A stretch of DNA of 59,539 nt, counting the filler, from Sluysia triapertura (Eukaryota): assembly GCA_046118255.1 (NCBI GenBank). It is 4 parts of 4 records of this genome, joined end to end, with 100 filler letters (N's around TTAATTAATTAA, not from the genome) between each part and the next. Parts side by side here need not be neighbours in the genome. Positions count along the whole stretch, not along the records: positions 48,367 to 59,539 come from JBJNIA010187889.1; 3 more parts are not named here. One strand, written 5' to 3'. Under the pieces are notes generated by a model. The model was given only the letters and a program-made list of their open reading frames with translations. It was not told where the DNA came from and searched no databases. Shown in pieces: positions 54,301 to 59,539 of the stretch (positions are counted from its first letter, which is position 1; each line of letters starts with the position of its first letter). The position numbers were made by a program, and so were the translations under genes.

Positions 54301-56767
54301 AAAGAGAGTGAATACGTGGTAGCTTGAAATAGAAGTTTATGGTACTTTACTTGTGATAAATGAACTAGTTGGTTATAATTTTGTTGACTTTTCGAAAAAT
54401 TGACGTAATTGTGATTGTGGTTGAAAGGCATAGGATAAAGAAATAGTGTGTAATAGTGTGTAATAATGAAGAAAGTGCATTAGGAAGACAATTAAGATAA
54501 AAGATCAGAAAAATATAAGAATATTATTGTAGAAATTTTATTTTAAATTTTTATTTATTATATTTTACATTTTTTTAAAGTTGTTTTGAATCTAGCTGTA
54601 AAATGATTGCATCTGAAAATTACAAAAAGTTTCTAAAATATTCTATCTTTTACTTTATAGCATCATTTGTTTATCGAAACATTGTCGTTGAGTTTGACAA
54701 TAATAAACAATTAAACAAGTCAAGACTGCAACAACAAATCTTCTGTCTAATTTGCTAATTTAATATTACAAAATTACTTTACCAGATATTTGTTTTATTG
54801 ATTAAGTTTAAGTTTCATCATTTCGAAGATATTTTGATGTTGTTTCCAGATACATTTAAAAATTGAAAAACGCTTATTATCAAACTTCGATTGTAGATAT
54901 CCAAAAGTTTATTGTCAATAAAATAATGGTGATGCAACAATTGACAATATTGATGTTACACAAATTAAATTTTATTCTAATAATACCAAATGAAACGAAT
55001 TTTTGCACTTAAGCTTTACAACATGGAAAGAATTAGAAAATAAAGTTTAATAATAAAAAAGTGTGATTACAGATTTTTGTTTATTATTATAATAATTTTT
55101 GTACTTTCATCTTACTAAATAAATTTTAGTTTACCAATGTATTTCAACCAATCAAAATTTAATTTAATTTTTAATAGAAGAATTTATCGAAATTAAAATT
55201 AACAAAATTATTATGATTAAAGATTTAAAATTCGATTAATATTATCGATAAAATGTCATTGCTTTGATCCTGTAAATCTTTATTATTATTATTACTATTA
55301 CTATTATTATTATTATTATCATTATTATTGTTACTATTATTATTATTATCAAGAAATTTACTTGAATTTAATCTATTATTATATATAGTAACACTTCATA
55401 GGATGGACTGGAAGGGATTCTTTACCAATTAAATTATCAGTCCAATTTAACAATTGATTTGCACTAGAGTAATTGTGTAATTTCTTTACTTGGCATTTTC
55501 TAAGCCCAAAATTCGAAAAAATTACCTAAAATATTCCGTTATTCTGCGTAACAAAACGAAATATTCATTTTTTTGAATAAATCAATTAAAAACGTTGAAA
55601 AATAATAAAATAAAATAATCTTATTATATTATACTCTTATTAAATAAATAAAATACAAATAAATCAAAATAAAAATTAAAAGCAATTTTTCCAGATACAG
55701 AATTATGAATAATAATAACAATAATATTAAAAAATAAACCATTGAACACGATTGTAATGTTTTGATTTATATTTAGTTCAATATTCATTTCTTTTAAATA
55801 TTATTATCCGAAATATACCTTATCTTGAATTGAAGTATTTTGAAATTAATTACCTCGTTTTTCTGACTAACGCTATATTAGTAAAAATGAAGCAAAACCA
55901 TTTTTATTTATACAAAACACTTGATTAAGCGTCATTTCAATGATTAAGTTTCAAAATAAATAGAAATTCTTATCACAATATTATACTTTAGCTTTGAAAT
56001 TAATTGATAACTAAATATTTTTATTTTAAAAAACGTCTCTAAGAGAAAACTAATCTAATTCGTCTAACCTTTTTATAATTTGGCCTATGTTTTACATAGA
56101 AAAACAATTTTCTCAATTGTTCTTTTATAAAATTAAACATTATATAAAACTAAACTTATTTAATTTAATCTTATTCATTAAATCATTACTGTGTTGTACT
56201 AATTATGAATTATATTAGATTCTTAGATTGAAATTATTATATTAATGTAGTCAAAAGAAAATAAAACTAATTTAACTTAAATCTAAAATATAAATTGCAT
56301 TAAATAAATGTAATTAGAATATCGTATAATTTAAATAAGTCATTAAATTATGTTTTGATTATTTTTCAATTTTGTCTTAATATGAGTAATGTTTATTTAA
56401 TACAATAATGAACTTATTATTGGAAAATATTTAATAAAATATATATATAATTATTGAAATTTAATAAAAGTACACAAAAAGATTATTTTAATTTTAAAGA
56501 ACTAGTTAATATATAAATTAGGTATGTTGTAAAAACACAATTGAATATTTTAATACTCTAGTTTGAAAAAGTATCTCAATAGTTCTGAATATTCCAAGAT
56601 CATGATTAAATGTCACTAAAACGGTTTAACTATAAAATTTAATCATTTTTAAACCGAGACAATAAAAATTATTTAAGTGTCATTTCAAAATTAAATAAAT
56701 GACTTTATCCATATTTAAAAAATGAAATTTTTGTAATACTTTTATTAAAATATGCATAAACACTCAC

Positions 56768-57557
56768 TTCTTTGTGATTTAGGTTGATGCCGTTTTATTT
56801 TCATCCATTGAAACGGTGGCGTATTGTGACCAGTAGTAGACGAAGAACTGATATTACCATTACTATTACTAGTATTACTATTATCATTATTATTACTATT
56901 ATTATTGTTCTTATTGACATTATTTATTCCAAGGTTTGAATTTAAGTCATTGCTATTTTGATCATTTATTCCAAAACTGGTTTTATTTAATCTTAAAATG
57001 TGCTTATTGAGATAATTTGAATTTATATCATCAAAATTTGTTTGTACTTTTATATCATTTGTACTATTATCTAAATAATCGTATTCATTCGACAAATTTA
57101 TTTGGACATTGTTGTTATATAAATTATTTGCATTTACATCGCTAAAATTTGCTGCAGCAATATTACGATTAGTATCATAATAATAGTAATTATAAAAGTT
57201 TGGATCTTTATTATAATAAAAAGTAAAATAATTATTCAATGCTGCTTTATCTGAATTATTAGTATAATTAAAAGTCGATAATTCATTTTTTACATTATTA
57301 CTGTCATATGATAACTGGAACTGAAAATTGTCCTGAATTGCAGTCGGATATAAATTATTTGAATAATATATATTTGTTTGTTGATTGATTTGCTCATTAT
57401 TATTAATATTGATATTATTATTATGAGACGTATTAATAATATTAGGAGGAGAAGATGTTACAGATGAAGTTGTAATAAGATGGATCGTTGGTGATTTATC
57501 ATTACATATCATATCGAGAGGTGTTATCGTGAGTTCCTGTGGGGCAAGATTAATCAT
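56768..57557 (-). CDS. hox1: Labial/Hox1-class homeobox gene, coding exon 1 (N-terminus plus hexapeptide)
   Basis: 263-codon Asn-rich ORF ending PPFQWMKIKRHQPKSQR then GTGAGT donor (phase 1); matches the PG1 hexapeptide context FDWMKVKRNPPK and the usual intron before the homeobox. Confidence 0.85.
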
Positions 57558-58248
57558 TTTTTGATAGTCAGAGAGAGAAAAGTTATATTAATAATAATAA
57601 TAACAAAACTGACAAAATAAAAGGAGAAAGTGAACATAAAATTAATCTAAAAGTAAAAGAAAATGATTGAGTAGTTTTGATGAAAAAATATAGTTTGTTT
57701 GTTCTTTTTATCTCAAACTACGAAAATAAAGCAAAGAGAAAATAATAGCGGTAATATTGTCTAATATAAGGATTTATTTACACATACACACATACTTTAG
57801 TTAGATAATGAGAAGAGACAAAGCAACAAAATAAATATAAATCCAAAAAAAGGCTAACACTATTATTGATAGCGCATTTGAAATTTCCTTTTTGTGGTAT
57901 GTGTTGCAAATAACAAAGTTAGATATGAAATTTCTGAAACAGAAAATGATTTTTCATTATTTATTGGATGGGAAAATGAAGTAATAAGATTTAAGATTAC
58001 TTTCAAATGGCCAATTGAAATTTGAGATAATGATAAATTAAGTATGAAATAAGCGAAAAAGTTTACGTTTTCAAAATATTTAAATCTAATTTAATTAAAT
58101 TAAAATTTTGTAATATGTAATTAAAATAAGGTAATGTATTAGGTAATTGAATTTGAAGATTACACTTTATGAGAAGTATCTTGAGTTTATAATGATGGAA
58201 TTTGATTTAATTATGAATATATTAATTTAATATATTTAAAGTTACATA

Positions 58249-59090
58249 CAGTGGTGGCCGAATTATTAGACTAAAATCCATTTTTGTGATAAAATTCAAC
58301 ATTTTTCTAGGATACTATGAAACTATCAAAAGTTTGCCAACAACTATTATCGAAATTTGTCACGAAAATGTAAAATGTTGGAAAATAACTACTTTCTCTA
58401 AGAAGAAATTCTGGTGAATGTAAAATAATAGATAAAAATACTGAGATCCAAAACATACAGAAATTTTATTCATGTAGAATGATAAGACAATTTACTACAA
58501 ATCAAAATGTATCATTGCTTTGTTTGCTCTCCTTTGATTCTCAAGGCATACCACGGATGAGCTTGGGGTACAAGTCTTATCTCGTCATCGAGATGCCATA
58601 TTTTTATCAGGGTTTCAATAAGTTCTGTCCTGGTGGTTGGTTTATGGGTAGAAATTTTCCTTTTGACAATCTCTCACAGATTTTCTATGGGATTCATGTC
58701 TGGAGAGTTCAAATAATTTATTTATAACTTAATTATAATCTATTTCAGTATACGACCTTATGAGCTTAATTTTGTGAATAATATAAGCATATTCGTACTT
58801 ATTTTTTATGTAAAACATCTAGGCTATTTAATAAAATATAATTGGATGATAATAACAAAGAAGAGATTTACATATAACATTGTTCAAAAAACAATCAATC
58901 TTTATAATTGAATAGATAGAGCAGGATTAATTAAGAAAAGCAGAGCAGCATAGCTTTAATCATATTATCTGTCAGAATTATCACTTGTAAAACTTTATAT
59001 AATGTCACAAAAAATAATTCTATGAGGATGTCTACGATAAGGTCGTCGGTTATTTTATATAGGTGAACCTATCTTTAAAAAATACTATTA
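58249..59090 (-). mobile_element. Decayed Tc1-like transposon upstream of hox1
   Basis: TA-CAGTGGTGGCC terminus at 58247-58259; minus-strand NSPDMNPIENL (Tc1 SPDLNPIE motif) near 58675-58710; stops present. Confidence 0.8.
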
Positions 59091-59539
59091 AAAAATATCA
59101 CTATGGTGAGCACATAAACACAATCATAGACAAACATCAACACAATCCAAAACATTTCTCATAAACACACAAAATATTGAAGCAAAAACAATCTTCACAC
59201 GATATAACAATCATTCAACATATCTTGACAATAACAATCATAATATTGTTAATGATACTATTTCAACAATTTCCCCAGCTATAAGCATTTTTATATATCC
59301 TGTATAATAATTAAATTTTAAAAATAAACTTTTTTAATTAAAAAAAACGATATTTGATAATAATGGCCACAGTTATATAGCGTTTTATTTGAAATTAAAG
59401 ACATCTCTTGGGTATTTAAATCCTCTAAATTTCAATATATTTACAGAATAAATGAAAATTCCAACTTACATTAAAATCCTTCGAAATTTAATTAACAAAT
59501 ACTATTTACCACAAATTTTCTTATTAAATAATAACAAAA

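Noticed and set aside
55260-55545. Possible hox1 exon 2 (Asn-rich, raised GC)
   Set aside because: Every phase-1 acceptor tried hits a stop within a few codons; no homeobox.
57558-58248. Hox/Pbx autoregulatory sites and miR-10 near hox1
   Set aside because: No clear TGATGGAT-type site or miR-10 sequence seen; TAAT/TGAT matches are uninformative in AT-rich DNA.
1-59539. CRISPR arrays, rRNA or prokaryotic operons
   Set aside because: No repeat-spacer arrays or rRNA-like sequence; the DNA is intron-containing and eukaryotic.

Overview
Very AT-rich eukaryotic DNA with (AAT)n microsatellites, ~50-nt introns and Asn-rich coding sequence; by inference most likely a triclad flatworm (planarian) draft genome. 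Three identical artificial 100-nt spacers (44N-TTAATTAATTAA-44N) split the window into four segments (1-18337, 18438-30843, 30944-48266, 48367-59539) whose true adjacency cannot be assumed. Best-supported host genes: exon 1 of a labial/Hox1-class gene (minus, 56768-57557, hexapeptide FQWMKIKR; no homeobox exon found in the window), and the last three exons of a guanylyl cyclase (minus, 42911-46503) that the ORF track misses. That cyclase has Lys where class III cyclases have the conserved Glu of 'SRMES'. There are also spliced exons of unidentified genes: one weakly EndoU-like, one with SxIP and KEN motifs. The rest is mostly decayed mobile DNA: a Polinton/Maverick relic (ATPase, small hydrophobic ORF, integrase, penton), Gypsy, Penelope, LINE, Tc1 and pogo remnants, MITEs and solo LTRs. 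Most unusual items: two copies of a ~140-bp TG..CA mini-LTR containing a tRNA-like Pol III unit (Helenus/Cassandra-type TRIM), an LTR inserted in the TATA box of a related LTR, a pre-miRNA-like hairpin, and a decayed atypical CCCH zinc-finger gene. I found no convincing wholly new multi-gene system. Boundaries of decayed elements are approximate.
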